In this document: positions 39,475-49,556 of the stretch, in pieces
Numbering within the stretch: position 1 is the stretch's first letter
Layout of the letters: every line of letters starts with the position of its first letter
Assembly (NCBI GenBank): GCA_003212795.1
Contig: QCOV01000004.1
Span: 11,762 to 75,761, forward strand
Direction: 5' to 3'
From: OCS116 cluster bacterium AG-435-F03
GTDB lineage: Bacteria > Pseudomonadota > Alphaproteobacteria > MED-G09
Length of the DNA stretch: 64,000 nt
Notes under the pieces: generated by a model
What the model saw: the letters and a program-made list of their open reading frames with translations, nothing else
The model's database searches: none
Told to the model about the DNA's origin: nothing
Translations under genes and position numbers: made by a program

Positions 39475-39996
39475 TTAATAACCAATAAGAAGCAAACCTT
39501 TTAAGTCCAATTTTATTCTTTGTGTTGAATAAAATGGTTCAAGCCATTCGTATATTTTTAGATAATCATTTCTCCCTCTGTAACACTCCCTAACAGCAAT
39601 AACTAAATATTTAATATCTGTCATCATCGCAGCTTCAAAAACATCTTTTAAGAATTGGTGGTTATCTAATGCTCTCCCTGCTTCAACCTCTATAACAATA
39701 CCTGCTTCTTCTTTCCAAGCATCAACCTCAAAGAATAATCTTGCTTTATCCTCATTTCCTACATAGACAGGCATCCTTATCTTGTCCTTTTTAGCTTTAC
39801 TTTTTTCTACTAAAAATCCTTCTGCTTCAAGATCAGATTCAACTACTCTTAAAACATCGTCGCTAGATAATCTTCCTTCATTAGTTGAGTCATTTGAAAA
39901 TGAATCAATTTCATTTTCATGATTTTTGAATATATTTACTACTCTTTTAATGGATTCAGGAATATCATCATTTCTAGGAAAATAAGAGTAGTTCAT
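39475..39996 (-). CDS. ORFan hypothetical protein (possible nuclease-like fold) within a repeat-bounded insertion hotspot
   Basis: 173 aa; acidic N-terminus with alternating beta-like C-terminal 'FFEVDAWKEEAGIVIEVEAGR...KYLVIAVRE'. Flanked by repeats related to the guaA 3' end. Confidence 0.35.
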   Translation of the reverse strand: MNYSYFPRNDDIPESIKRVVNIFKNHENEIDSFSNDSTNEGRLSSDDVLRVVESDLEAEGFLVEKSKAKKDKIRMPVYVGNEDKARLFFEVDAWKEEAGIVIEVEAGRALDNHQFLKDVFEAAMMTDIKYLVIAVRECYRGRNDYLKIYEWLEPFYSTQRIKLDLKGLLLIGY

Positions 39997-40014
39997 AGCA
40001 AGTATATTCTTAAG

Positions 40015-40052
40015 TTATTGATTTTATTCACTTTATTCCCACTCAATAATAA
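40015..40052. repeat. 38-bp exact direct-repeat copy of the guaA 3' end plus downstream sequence (att-like)
   Basis: 'TAAGTTATTGATTTTATTCACTTTATTCCCACTCAATA' is identical to 40315-40352, which spans the guaA stop codon. Confidence 0.7.
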
Positions 40053-40061
40053 CCTTTTGAA

Positions 40062-40274
40062 CTATAGCCATTTCCAAATGGTATGTAATGATATCCAAAT
40101 AGCAAACCCAATCCCACTGAAAAATAAAAAAAGTAAAAAACCTGATAAACTTTTAAATCTAGTAAATATTTCATTATCAGGTTTTTTACTTTTCTTTTTA
40201 GATTCTTCAATCATTTCATTAATTATTTTTTTGTTAAGTTCAGGTGAGATTTTTCTGTTTTTATCAACATTCAT
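40062..40274 (-). CDS. Small hypothetical tail-anchored membrane protein (doubtful)
   Basis: 70 aa with a Lys-rich N-terminus and C-terminal TM. It lies over a 20-bp inverted repeat, so it may not be a real gene. Confidence 0.2.
   Translation of the reverse strand: MNVDKNRKISPELNKKIINEMIEESKKKSKKPDNEIFTRFKSLSGFLLFLFFSGIGFAIWISLHTIWKWL
40129..40193. repeat. 20-bp perfect inverted repeat (25-nt spacer), hairpin flanked by A/T runs; possibly a bidirectional terminator or miniature element core
   Basis: Arms 'AAAAGTAAAAAACCTGATAA' (40129-40148) and 'TTATCAGGTTTTTTACTTTT' (40174-40193). Confidence 0.6.
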
Positions 40275-40314
40275 TTTAATTTATCCAAAATTCTATACAA
40301 TCTATAAATATCTA

Positions 40315-40352
40315 AGTTATTGATTTTATTCACTTTATTCCCACTCAATAGT
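40315..40352. repeat. Direct repeat copy B (native guaA 3' end)
   Basis: Same 38-mer as 40015-40052; includes guaA codons for '...TIEWE*'. Confidence 0.7.
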
Positions 40353-41897
40353 GCCAGGTGGTTTTGATGTTATATCGTAAACCACTCTATTAATTCCTTT
40401 TACTTCATTAATAATACGAGTACTTACATTAGCTAAGAACTCTTGTTGAAAAGGATAATAATCCGCTGTCATACCATCAAGTGAAGTCACAGCCCTTAAA
40501 GCACAAACAAAATCATATGTTCTCTCGTCTCCCATCACACCAACCGTCTGAACAGGCAAAAGTACAGCAAAAGCTTGCCAAATCTCATTATAAAGTCCGG
40601 CTTTTCTTATCTCTTCAATATAAATAGTGTCAGCTTTCCTTAAAATATCGGCTTTTTTAGAAGAAATTTCACCAGGTAAACGAATTGCAAGTCCAGGGCC
40701 TGGAAATGGGTGTCTCTCAATAAAGTGACTGGGAATTCCTAGTTCTTTTCCGAGTTCTCTAACTTCATCTTTAAAAAGTTCTCGCAAAGGCTCAACTAGC
40801 TCCATATTCATTCGTTCTGGAAGCCCTCCTACATTGTGATGGCTTTTAATTGTCACAGATGGTCCACCCGTAAAAGAAACGCTCTCAATAACATCCGGAT
40901 AAAGAGTTCCTTGAGCTAAAAAATCTGCTCCGCCAATTTTGTTTGCCTCTTCTTCAAAAATATCGATAAAAGAGGAACCAATAATTTTTCTTTTTTCTTC
41001 AGGATCACTTACTCCAGTCAATCTAGTTAAAAAAGTATCGCCTGCATCAACATCTATAAGAGGAATATTAAAATTTTCTCTAAATAGATTTACTACTTCA
41101 TCCGTTTCATTCTCTCGCATTAAACCTGTATCCACATAAATGCATGTCAATTGGTCTCCGATTGCTTCATGAATAAGAACAGCTGCAACAGATGAATCTA
41201 CCCCTCCTGAAAGACCACAAATTACTTTTCCTTTTCCGACTTGAGTTCGTATATTCTCAATAGCAACCTTTTTAAATGAATCCATTGTCCAGTTACCGCT
41301 ACATCCAGAAATTTTATGAGTAAAATTTTTCAGTAATTTTGCACCATTTGGAGTATGAACAACCTCTGGATGAAACTGTACACCATAAAATGATCGGATT
41401 TCATCAGAAATAGCCGCAAATGGAGCGTTTTTACTTTCTGCAATAACTTCAAATCCTTTTGGCAGTTTTGTAACTTTATCACCATGACTCATCCAGACAG
41501 GTTCTGTATTTCCTTTAATATCGAACCCCTCAAATAAAGGTGAAGGCTTCAGGAATTTAATATTTGCTCTACCAAACTCTCTTTCATTTGATTTTTCTAC
41601 TTCGCCTCCAAGCAATGAACACATGATTTGTTGTCCATAACAAATTCCTAAGATAGGAATTTTTAAATCAAATATTTTATCATCAATTGTTGGCGCATCT
41701 TGGTTGTTAACTGATGCAGGACCACCTGATAATATAATGCCTTTTGGTTTTAATTTTTTAATAGCCTCATCTGCTTTTGAAAAAGGAAAAATCTCAGAAT
41801 AAATTCCACTCTCTCTTACCCTTCTTGCAATAAGCTGTGTAACTTGGCTACCAAAATCTAAAATTAAGATTGAATCGTTGTGTTGATCGTTTACCAT
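40335..41897 (-). CDS. guaA: GMP synthase (glutamine-hydrolysing)
   Basis: N-terminal glutamine amidotransferase ('[20 protein letters not shown]', 'GICYGQQ'), ATP-PPase 'SGGVDSSV', C-terminal dimerisation domain ending 'TIEWE'. Confidence 0.9.
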   Translation of the reverse strand: MVNDQHNDSILILDFGSQVTQLIARRVRESGIYSEIFPFSKADEAIKKLKPKGIILSGGPASVNNQDAPTIDDKIFDLKIPILGICYGQQIMCSLLGGEVEKSNEREFGRANIKFLKPSPLFEGFDIKGNTEPVWMSHGDKVTKLPKGFEVIAESKNAPFAAISDEIRSFYGVQFHPEVVHTPNGAKLLKNFTHKISGCSGNWTMDSFKKVAIENIRTQVGKGKVICGLSGGVDSSVAAVLIHEAIGDQLTCIYVDTGLMRENETDEVVNLFRENFNIPLIDVDAGDTFLTRLTGVSDPEEKRKIIGSSFIDIFEEEANKIGGADFLAQGTLYPDVIESVSFTGGPSVTIKSHHNVGGLPERMNMELVEPLRELFKDEVRELGKELGIPSHFIERHPFPGPGLAIRLPGEISSKKADILRKADTIYIEEIRKAGLYNEIWQAFAVLLPVQTVGVMGDERTYDFVCALRAVTSLDGMTADYYPFQQEFLANVSTRIINEVKGINRVVYDITSKPPGTIEWE

Positions 41898-41910
41898 AAC
41901 AATTCTAGAA

Positions 41911-42237
41911 CTACTCCTCTTTCTTTTTATTATTTATAAGAGATTCTAAATCTTTTACATCCATTAGAAGAGGTCCGAGTGCTTTGGCTTTTTTATAAAA
42001 TATCTCAGCAGATGGTAAATCTTCACTCAGTAGGTAAATTTTACCCGCAATTGCCCAAGCCTTTGCATTTTTAGGATCAGCAACTACACTTTGTTGAATA
42101 AGAAAGATAGCAGATTCCAAATCTTTTTCTGCTATTTTAATTGCTTCCACTGCAAGATCATTAGAAAGAGATTTATTGGTTGCATTAGCTAAAAGGGGAG
42201 AAAATAAAATACCTATAAAAATTATAACCCTTATCAT
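41911..42237 (-). CDS. Small periplasmic TPR-like protein
   Basis: Signal peptide and helical repeats; inserted between guaB and guaA. Confidence 0.4.
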   Translation of the reverse strand: MIRVIIFIGILFSPLLANATNKSLSNDLAVEAIKIAEKDLESAIFLIQQSVVADPKNAKAWAIAGKIYLLSEDLPSAEIFYKKAKALGPLLMDVKDLESLINNKKKEE

Positions 42238-42244
42238 AGATATA

Positions 42245-43708
42245 TTAACCTCTTGTAGGATAATTAGGCGCTTCTCGAGTTACAACTACATCGTGCGTAT
42301 GACTTTCGTTTAGTGAAGCTGCTGTAATTTTAATAAAGTTAGTTTTCGTCTGGAAATCCTCTAAATTTTTACAACCTGTGTAACCCATTGATGCTCTTAA
42401 ACCACCAATTAATTGATAAATTACATTATGTACTGATCCAATATAAGGAACCTGCCCTTCAATTCCTTCAGGCACAAGTTTATCTGATGCACTGAGATCA
42501 GATTGGAAATATCTATCTGCTGATCCTTCAGCCATAGCTGCAACTGATCCCATTCCTCTATAGGATTTGAATCTCCTACCTTGGTGAAGAAATACTTCGC
42601 CTGGTGTTTCATCTGTTCCAGCAAAAAGAGAGCCGATCATTGCAAGATCAGCTCCTCCAGCTAGTGCTTTGGCTAAATCTCCAGAAAACTTAATACCCCC
42701 ATCAGCAATGACGGGTATTGAATGCTTTTTAGCCTCATTAACACAATCCATAATTGCCGTAAGCTGTGGCACACCAACACCTGCAATTATTCTTGTTGTA
42801 CATATTGATCCTGGACCAATACCAACCTTTATACAATCTGCACCTGCTCCAATTAATGATTTTGAAGCTTCTTTAGTTGCAACATTGCCAGCAACAACCT
42901 GAACAGAATTTGATAGTTTTTTTATCCTTTCAATAATCTGTGGAACTTTAATAGAGTGACCATGTGCAGTATCCACAACAATTATATCTGTTTCGCTATC
43001 AATTAATGCTTCAGCTCTTTCAAAACCTTTATCACCAACTGTCGTTGCTGCTGCAACCCTCAACCTACCCTTTTCATCTTTTGTAGCATCGGGATGTAAA
43101 TTAGATTTCTCAATATCTTTTACAGTGATTAAGCCAATACAACGATATTCGTTATCAACAACAAGCAATTTCTCTATTCGGTGTTTATGAAGTATTTCTT
43201 TTGCTTCATTTTCAGAAACATTATCTTTAACAGTAATCAAATCATTCTTAGTCATAAGTTCAGAAACTTTTTGATTTTTATTAGAGGCAAATCTAACATC
43301 TCTATTTGTCAAAATTCCTTCAAGTTTATTCGTTTTTGTGTCTGTTACAGGCACTCCTGAAATATTATTTTCTTTCATTAGAGCTAAAGCATCTTCAAGC
43401 GTAGAGTCTGGAGAAATAGTAAGTGGATTAACCACCATTCCGGATTCATATTTTTTTACTTTATTTACCTCTTTAATTTGCTGTTCAATTTCTAAATTTC
43501 TATGTATTACACCAATTCCTCCAGCTTGCGCCATAGCAATTGCCATACTTGATTCTGTCACTGTATCCATTGCTGCTGAAGCAACAGGAACATTAAGATC
43601 AATATTTTTTGTAATTTTTGTTTTTAAAATCGTTTCAGAAGGTAAGACGGCAGATTCTGAAGGCTCAAGTAATACATCATCAAAGGTGATAGCTTCTCGG
43701 ACTTTCAT
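42245..43708 (-). CDS. guaB: Inosine-5'-monophosphate dehydrogenase
   Basis: '[11 protein letters not shown]', CBS pair, catalytic '[11 protein letters not shown]'; RBS GGAGG upstream. Confidence 0.9.
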   Translation of the reverse strand: MKVREAITFDDVLLEPSESAVLPSETILKTKITKNIDLNVPVASAAMDTVTESSMAIAMAQAGGIGVIHRNLEIEQQIKEVNKVKKYESGMVVNPLTISPDSTLEDALALMKENNISGVPVTDTKTNKLEGILTNRDVRFASNKNQKVSELMTKNDLITVKDNVSENEAKEILHKHRIEKLLVVDNEYRCIGLITVKDIEKSNLHPDATKDEKGRLRVAAATTVGDKGFERAEALIDSETDIIVVDTAHGHSIKVPQIIERIKKLSNSVQVVAGNVATKEASKSLIGAGADCIKVGIGPGSICTTRIIAGVGVPQLTAIMDCVNEAKKHSIPVIADGGIKFSGDLAKALAGGADLAMIGSLFAGTDETPGEVFLHQGRRFKSYRGMGSVAAMAEGSADRYFQSDLSASDKLVPEGIEGQVPYIGSVHNVIYQLIGGLRASMGYTGCKNLEDFQTKTNFIKITAASLNESHTHDVVVTREAPNYPTRG

Positions 43709-43787
43709 GTCAACCTCCTGTTTTCAGGTTATGTTGACATTTGCTTATAACCTATACAGAAATAAGTTCAAACACTTTTGAATTTTT

Positions 43788-44450
43788 TTACGCTTTAAAA
43801 CCTTTAGCTATTACATAATTTTCAGGAGATCCTTTTCTACTAGCATCTGGTTTGTAATGTTTTATCGTAGTAAAATTCTTTTTTAAAATATCTAGGAGCG
43901 CTTGATGTGTGCCACCTTGAAAAACTTTTGAACAGAAAGACCCCCCAGTCTTCAAAAAATTCAAAGCATAATCTGCAGCTAATTCTGCTAATTCTTGTGT
44001 CCTAATATGATCGGTTGATTTATGTCCTGTTGTATCTGAAGCCATATCGGAAAGAACCAAATCAACCTCAGTAACTATTTTACGTATTCGATCAAATGAT
44101 TCTTGTGATGACAAATCAAGATTAAGAATCTCAACGCCAGATATTGGATCCATCTCTAACTTATCAACTGCTATCACTTTATTACCTTTAATTTGATTTA
44201 CAACTTCTGACCAGCTACCCGGTGCTGCTCCAAGATCTAACACCACTTGATTCGGTCTTAACAAATCAAATTTCTCATTGATCTGAATTAATTTGTAGGC
44301 TGCTCTTGATCTTCTTCCTTCAACTTTTGATTGTTTAACATAAGGGTCATTCAATTGGCGTTGTAGCCATCTAGTAGAAGATATTTTTCGTTTTTTAGCT
44401 GTTTTGACCTTTTCTTTTAATCTTTTATAGGGTTTTTGCTTTTTAATCAT
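43788..44450 (-). CDS. rlmE: 23S rRNA (uridine2552-2'-O)-methyltransferase RlmE (FtsJ)
   Basis: 'RSRAAYKLIQINEKFDLLRPNQVVLDLGAAPGSWSEV' matches the FtsJ/RlmE family. Confidence 0.8.
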   Translation of the reverse strand: MIKKQKPYKRLKEKVKTAKKRKISSTRWLQRQLNDPYVKQSKVEGRRSRAAYKLIQINEKFDLLRPNQVVLDLGAAPGSWSEVVNQIKGNKVIAVDKLEMDPISGVEILNLDLSSQESFDRIRKIVTEVDLVLSDMASDTTGHKSTDHIRTQELAELAADYALNFLKTGGSFCSKVFQGGTHQALLDILKKNFTTIKHYKPDASRKGSPENYVIAKGFKA

Positions 44451-44519
44451 AATTGAATCTTATAAGTTAAATATTACTAACTAGTTAGCACATATAATAA
44501 CTTTCTAGCAGAGGAAAAT

Positions 44520-45338
44520 ATGTACATTGATAATATTTCTGAATTTGGTGCACATAAACCTTCCTTGTTAGTCGATCTAATTATTAAAATAACAAGATCA
44601 TTAGGGGAAAACTGGTTTTCTAAAAGGCTTATATTTTTTTTAAGAAAAGTGGCATTAAATTTCTCTGGAGAATGCATTGATACAGAGCTATTTCAAGGTC
44701 AAGCAAGACTATATACTAAAGGAAATATCTGTGAAAAAAGAGCTCTTTTTTCACCACAAATATTTGAAAGTTTTGAGAGAAATTTTATTTCAAGTTATGC
44801 AAAAGATGGTTCAATTTTTATAGATATTGGATCTAATATCGGTTTATATTCACTCTCTGTTGGAGCAAGGTATAAAGATTTTATTAATACTGAAATTCAT
44901 AGTATAGAACCACACCCAAATTTATTTAAAAGATTGCAATTCAATACATCTTTAAACAAGGATTTTCCTATAAAAATTCATAATTTGGCAATTATGGATA
45001 AGAATGGGGAATTTAATTTAAAAGTAAACGAAAGTAATCTTGGTCAGACAGTAATTTCTAATGAGGGACAAATAAAAGTTATAGGGAAAAGTCTTAATAC
45101 CTTTTTAAAAGAAGAAAACATTAATAAAATAACAGCTCTTAAAATTGATGTAGAGGGTAACGAAGAAAAGATTCTTATTCCATTTCTAAAGGAGGAAAAT
45201 AAAAAACTCTTTCCTAAAATAATTATTATAGAGCGGAATGATAATTTATGGGATAGTGATTTAATTAAAACCCTTAATAATTTTAATTACAGCATCCATA
45301 AAAAAACTAAAATGAACTACATATTAATTAATGATTAA
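44520..45338 (+). CDS. FkbM-family methyltransferase
   Basis: 'FIDIGSNIGLYS' SAM motif; FkbM-domain length. Confidence 0.55.
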   Translation: MYIDNISEFGAHKPSLLVDLIIKITRSLGENWFSKRLIFFLRKVALNFSGECIDTELFQGQARLYTKGNICEKRALFSPQIFESFERNFISSYAKDGSIFIDIGSNIGLYSLSVGARYKDFINTEIHSIEPHPNLFKRLQFNTSLNKDFPIKIHNLAIMDKNGEFNLKVNESNLGQTVISNEGQIKVIGKSLNTFLKEENINKITALKIDVEGNEEKILIPFLKEENKKLFPKIIIIERNDNLWDSDLIKTLNNFNYSIHKKTKMNYILIND

Positions 45339-45414
45339 TTTTATTTATTTAATAGAAAAAAATTTTATAAATGTGATAAGATTTTGATCTAAGCTAGGAA
45401 TAAAGGAGAAGAAT

Positions 45415-46260
45415 TTGTCTAAATATAATTCAATTATTGTTGATTTACCTAAAGATAGGATATCAAGAATTACTCTTAATAGACCAAAGCAAAGAAATTC
45501 TCTTTCAGCGGAATTAAGAACAGAGTTATTTCAAGTTTTAGAAAGTAATGACCTAAATAAGGAGATTAGTGTAACCATAATAAGAGGTTCTGGTGAGAGT
45601 TTCTCAGCAGGTTATGATTTAAAAAGATCAGATGATGATATTGATCCATATTATTCCGCGGGTGGCCTTGGGCACTGGCCAAGACATGTTGTTGATGGAT
45701 GTTTTAAAATTTGGGATTTAGCAAAGCCAGTTATTGCACAAGTTCACGGATATTGTCTTGCTGGAGGCACAGAATTAGCTCAATCATGTGATTTAGTATA
45801 TGTAGCTGATAACGCAAAGATAGGGTATCCAGTTGTTAGAAATATATCGCCTCCAGATAACCAATTTTTTCCTTGGATTGTTGGAATGAGAAAAGCTATG
45901 GAACTTATGTTAACAGGAAACTCAATGACAGGTCATGACGCAGTTGAATGTGGCTTTGCAAACCTTTCCTTTCCTGAAGAAAAACTTGAAGAAGAGGTTT
46001 TAAAAATTGCAGAAAATGTTGCTAAGGTACCCCAAGATGTTCAGCAAATTAATAAAAGAGCTGTTCATAGGCAAATGGAGATGATGGGCATTAGATCAGC
46101 TTTGAGAGCTGGTACAGAGTTACAGCAACTATCGATGCATACAAAATCTGCAAGAAATTTTTTTAAAATGGTTGCTGAGGAGGGCTTAACAAAAGCTCTG
46201 TCAGATAGAGATACAAAATATGGTGACTACAGAGAAACCAATGATAAAAAAAAGGACTAG
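45415..46260 (+). CDS. Enoyl-CoA hydratase/isomerase (crotonase) family
   Basis: 'SAGYDL...AQVHGYCLAGGTELA' oxyanion-hole motifs. Confidence 0.6.
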   Translation: MSKYNSIIVDLPKDRISRITLNRPKQRNSLSAELRTELFQVLESNDLNKEISVTIIRGSGESFSAGYDLKRSDDDIDPYYSAGGLGHWPRHVVDGCFKIWDLAKPVIAQVHGYCLAGGTELAQSCDLVYVADNAKIGYPVVRNISPPDNQFFPWIVGMRKAMELMLTGNSMTGHDAVECGFANLSFPEEKLEEEVLKIAENVAKVPQDVQQINKRAVHRQMEMMGIRSALRAGTELQQLSMHTKSARNFFKMVAEEGLTKALSDRDTKYGDYRETNDKKKD

Positions 46261-46270
46261 AAAACAATAC

Positions 46271-46732
46271 ATGGATAATAAAGAAAAAGTCTTAACATTG
46301 GCATCTGCTGCTAGGAAAGTTGGTATAGATCCTGAAGAGCTTCGAGAGCTTATTAATGAAGGCAGACTTGACGCTGTTGAAACCGAAGGTGGAAATTTGC
46401 TTATTGGTGAGGAATCTTTAAAAGGTATAATCAAAGAAATAGAAACAACTGAATTAGCCCAACAAGATCATGAGCATGAAATTGTACTTCATGATGATAT
46501 AAAAATTCTCTTAAGTCAGGCCGCAAATTTCATAGAAAGACAAGAAGAAGAACTAAAGATTTATAGAGAAAGAGAAGAAAAACATATTTCTTTACTTAAG
46601 GGTGCAGAAAAACAGATAAGTAAAACATTAGATCAAATAAGCATTCTTTATTCTCACAATATAAAATTAGGTAATGAAAACAGAAAAATCCTAAAAAAAC
46701 TTATAGAAATACAATCTAAAAATACAGCTTAA
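46271..46732 (+). CDS. Hypothetical DNA-binding (excisionase/MerR-type HTH-like) coiled-coil protein
   Basis: 'LTLASAARKVGIDPEELRELINEGRL' is HTH-like, followed by heptad-rich coiled coil. Start chosen to avoid overlap with the upstream gene. Confidence 0.35.
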   Translation: MDNKEKVLTLASAARKVGIDPEELRELINEGRLDAVETEGGNLLIGEESLKGIIKEIETTELAQQDHEHEIVLHDDIKILLSQAANFIERQEEELKIYREREEKHISLLKGAEKQISKTLDQISILYSHNIKLGNENRKILKKLIEIQSKNTA

Positions 46733-46742
46733 GGAGAAATAA

Positions 46743-47033
46743 ATGGTATGTGTATTAGCAACTTTAAAAGTTAAAGCGGACAAAACTCAAGATTTTGAGA
46801 CTATATTCAAAAAACTTAGTGAAGATGTTCGTTCGATTGAAGAAGGGAATATTTTTTATCAGGTGGCAAAAGATAGAGAAAATGAAAATACTTACCTAGT
46901 ATTAGAACATTATAAAGATCAAGAAAGTGTTGACGCACATGGAAAAAGTGATCACTTCAGGTCTGCAGGAAGAGAAATAGGAGAATGCTTAGATGGCCCA
47001 CCTATAATAAAATATCTTGATACTCTATTATAA
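46743..47033 (+). CDS. Antibiotic-biosynthesis monooxygenase (ABM) domain protein
   Basis: 96 aa with ferredoxin-like ABM pattern 'VLATLKVKADK...YLVLEHYKDQESVDAH'. Confidence 0.5.
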   Translation: MVCVLATLKVKADKTQDFETIFKKLSEDVRSIEEGNIFYQVAKDRENENTYLVLEHYKDQESVDAHGKSDHFRSAGREIGECLDGPPIIKYLDTLL

Positions 47034-47034
47034 A

Positions 47035-48450
47035 TTAATTGAAATATATACTATCGTCAGCTAGCTCAGCTTCTGCTGCTTCTGCTGCAAGTCTATCGGC
47101 TTCTCTTCTAGCCTGTTTTGATTCTATAACCTTAACCCATCTTCTAGCATCGGCTTCCATATCCTCATAACCAGTAGACCTTTTGAAAGCAAATAGTGCA
47201 GAATTTTCATATTTAATGCCTTTTTTATTTCTTGTAATACCAAGAAGAAGCCAAGCCCTTCCAGGATTTTCAAGATCACCTTTTTTAATAGCATATTTAA
47301 TATATTCCTCAGCTTCTTTCCAATTTTCCTCTTGCATAAAAGTTTGACCTAATCTTAAAAATAGTTCTCCATCTTCAGACATTTCAGCGGCCTTCTTCAA
47401 AGGAGGAATGGCTTTTTTCCATTCTCTTGCTGATAACCATGCATTAGCTAACTGTTCCCAATTTTTTTCTTCATCTTCAATTCTTCCGCTTTCTAATTCT
47501 TCTTCAAGAATTAGAGCGGCCTTATATGGTACTTCATAAAATAAGTATAATTGAGCAATCCTTAGTAATTCATCATGCTTTTCAAGCATGTCTTTTGAAA
47601 ACATGATCTGTTGAATATGAAAAGAATCTTCTTCTCTTTGTAATTCGGCATAAAGCGCAGCTAATTGTCTATAGTAATTCTTTTTGTCAGGAAACCTGTA
47701 TACCATAGCTTCAAGAATTGGAACAGATTCTTCATACCTGTCGTCAAATAATAAGATTGATAAGTATATTTGATACCAATTTTCTCTAGGCTCCGCAGCA
47801 GAAAATACCGCTTTTTCAGCATGTGGTTCTGCTTTCCTATAGTATTGTTTTTCTTCGGGGGAATCACTTTCAGTTTCCGAAGCAAAATAAAGATAGATTT
47901 GCGCTAATAAAGCATGTGCAGATGGTCCGGGAGGAAAGCCCATTTCCTCAGCGTCTTTAAACCATCTTAATAATTGATCGCGTCCCTCATCCCATCTATC
48001 TGTTGCGAGATAAAGTTGAGCAATCTGAAACTGTAAATCAAGTTGGTCTTGAGGTTGAAGAGCGTTTAAAGAGTAAACACGCTCAAGATAATCTAAAGAT
48101 TTTTCATATTGTTCTTTTTCGGCAAATACATAAGCCTGGAGTCTAATAATTTGAGCTTGTTCAAAAGGTCTTAAATCATCTCTTCTCAAAAGATTGCTTA
48201 AAATATCAAAAGCTCTATCAGGTAGATCTTCGCCTAATGCTTCCTGTGCCTTAATAAATTCTGCACCAACCTTCTTACTCATTGTTTGTGTTCTTTTTGC
48301 TTTAGGAGGTTTTCTTCTTTCTTTCTTTTTCTGAGCGTAGACTGTATCAGAAAATAATCCAGAAATTGTAATTGTTGCTGGCAAAGCCAATGAGAATATT
48401 ACAAAAACAAATATAAAATGTTTAATATAAATTTTTAAATTATCTAGCAT
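47035..48450 (-). CDS. TPR-repeat protein of the TonB2-type complex (TtpD-like)
   Basis: TM anchor then many TPR units; lies downstream of and overlaps tonB by 11 nt. Confidence 0.5.
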   Translation of the reverse strand: MLDNLKIYIKHFIFVFVIFSLALPATITISGLFSDTVYAQKKKERRKPPKAKRTQTMSKKVGAEFIKAQEALGEDLPDRAFDILSNLLRRDDLRPFEQAQIIRLQAYVFAEKEQYEKSLDYLERVYSLNALQPQDQLDLQFQIAQLYLATDRWDEGRDQLLRWFKDAEEMGFPPGPSAHALLAQIYLYFASETESDSPEEKQYYRKAEPHAEKAVFSAAEPRENWYQIYLSILLFDDRYEESVPILEAMVYRFPDKKNYYRQLAALYAELQREEDSFHIQQIMFSKDMLEKHDELLRIAQLYLFYEVPYKAALILEEELESGRIEDEEKNWEQLANAWLSAREWKKAIPPLKKAAEMSEDGELFLRLGQTFMQEENWKEAEEYIKYAIKKGDLENPGRAWLLLGITRNKKGIKYENSALFAFKRSTGYEDMEADARRWVKVIESKQARREADRLAAEAAEAELADDSIYFN

Positions 48451-49120
48451 CTTCTAACTCATAAGTAATTAAGTGTTGTACTCCGGGTCTGGGTACAGCC
48501 TTTCCATCTAAAATTCTTGGTTTATATTTCCATTTAACGATAGTTCTCAAAGCAGAACGATTAAAAATACCTGGGGGCTCTGCATCAACAACTATAGGGT
48601 TTGTTACAGCGCCACTAGGAGTAATTGTAAATTCTACTAAGACCCAACCTTCAATTCCTCTTTGTGTTGCTCTTCTTGGGTATTGAGGCGGAACTTTAAC
48701 AATAGGCAACACATCTGCGTCTGTTGAAGCCGCAAAAGAACCAAATGCAGGACCACCAAATTCTGGTGTTGCGACACTTTCAGCTGACATTTCAGGTCTT
48801 GGGGTTTCTGGAATATCCATATCTGGAGGATCAGGCTCTTGTTCTTGCTCAGGTCTATTTGGTTTTTTCTTAGCTGTTTGAGTTTCAGTATCCTGAAGCT
48901 GTCTTAAAAAACTTATATTGATATTTACACCTTCATCACCAATATCATACTCATTGCTTGTAACTAAGGCCTGCATAACCAAAAATAAAAAGACAGTTAC
49001 TATTGCAGCTAGTGGAATAGCGGTAACTCTACTGTCTAACTCTTTCAATGAATATCCTGCGATCTCGATATCTTGAGCTTTATTAATATAAAATTTTATT
49101 TTATTTATAAGTTCTAACAA
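48440..49120 (-). CDS. tonB: Energy transducer TonB
   Basis: N-terminal TM, Pro/Glu-rich spacer 'EPDPPDMDIPETPRPE', C-terminal TonB domain. Confidence 0.65.
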   Translation of the reverse strand: MLELINKIKFYINKAQDIEIAGYSLKELDSRVTAIPLAAIVTVFLFLVMQALVTSNEYDIGDEGVNINISFLRQLQDTETQTAKKKPNRPEQEQEPDPPDMDIPETPRPEMSAESVATPEFGGPAFGSFAASTDADVLPIVKVPPQYPRRATQRGIEGWVLVEFTITPSGAVTNPIVVDAEPPGIFNRSALRTIVKWKYKPRILDGKAVPRPGVQHLITYELEDAR

Positions 49121-49131
49121 GTTATCACCAA

Positions 49132-49533
49132 TTAATTTTTCTCAGATGCAGCAATTGAATATTGCTCTACTCCAGCTAATCTTACTGCATCAATAACTTC
49201 AACCATCAAACCAACTTCTGATCTTTCGTCAGCTTGAATAACAGCTCCACCTTGAGGATTTTCTGCATGGAGTTTTTCAACATTAGCCTGTACAGCATCC
49301 ATATCAACTAACCTTCTATTAATCCAAACTTCATTTTTGTCACTAATAGCTATTAATATACCTACTCTATTTTGCTGTTGGGCGGTTTCAGAGTCAGGAC
49401 GAGTAACATCAATGCCGGACTCCTTAACAAATGTAGCAGTAACAATGAAGAAAATAAGCATTATGAAAACAATATCCAATAAAGGCGTTATATTGATTTC
49501 ACTTTCTTCATCTAATCTCTGTCTTCTTCTCAT
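49132..49533 (-). CDS. exbD: Biopolymer transport protein ExbD/TolR
   Basis: 133 aa; 'INITPLLDIVFIMLIFFIV' TM and periplasmic domain. Confidence 0.7.
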   Translation of the reverse strand: MRRRQRLDEESEINITPLLDIVFIMLIFFIVTATFVKESGIDVTRPDSETAQQQNRVGILIAISDKNEVWINRRLVDMDAVQANVEKLHAENPQGGAVIQADERSEVGLMVEVIDAVRLAGVEQYSIAASEKN

Positions 49534-49556
49534 TTTTTTCTCCTAATATTCAAATG

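Noticed and set aside
39919-40323. 134-aa plus-strand ORF between the ORFan and guaA
   Set aside because: It overlaps the 3' end of 39475-39996 antisense and runs across the 20-bp inverted repeat and both direct repeats. The translation is low-complexity Leu/Ile/Phe/Asn typical of AT-rich non-coding DNA.
43709-43787. Possible PurR-box-like imperfect palindrome (AGTTCAAACACTTTTGAATT) upstream of guaB
   Set aside because: The central AAACGTTT core of the PurR consensus is not matched, with only 6/7-bp imperfect arms, so it is not confident enough to call a regulatory site.
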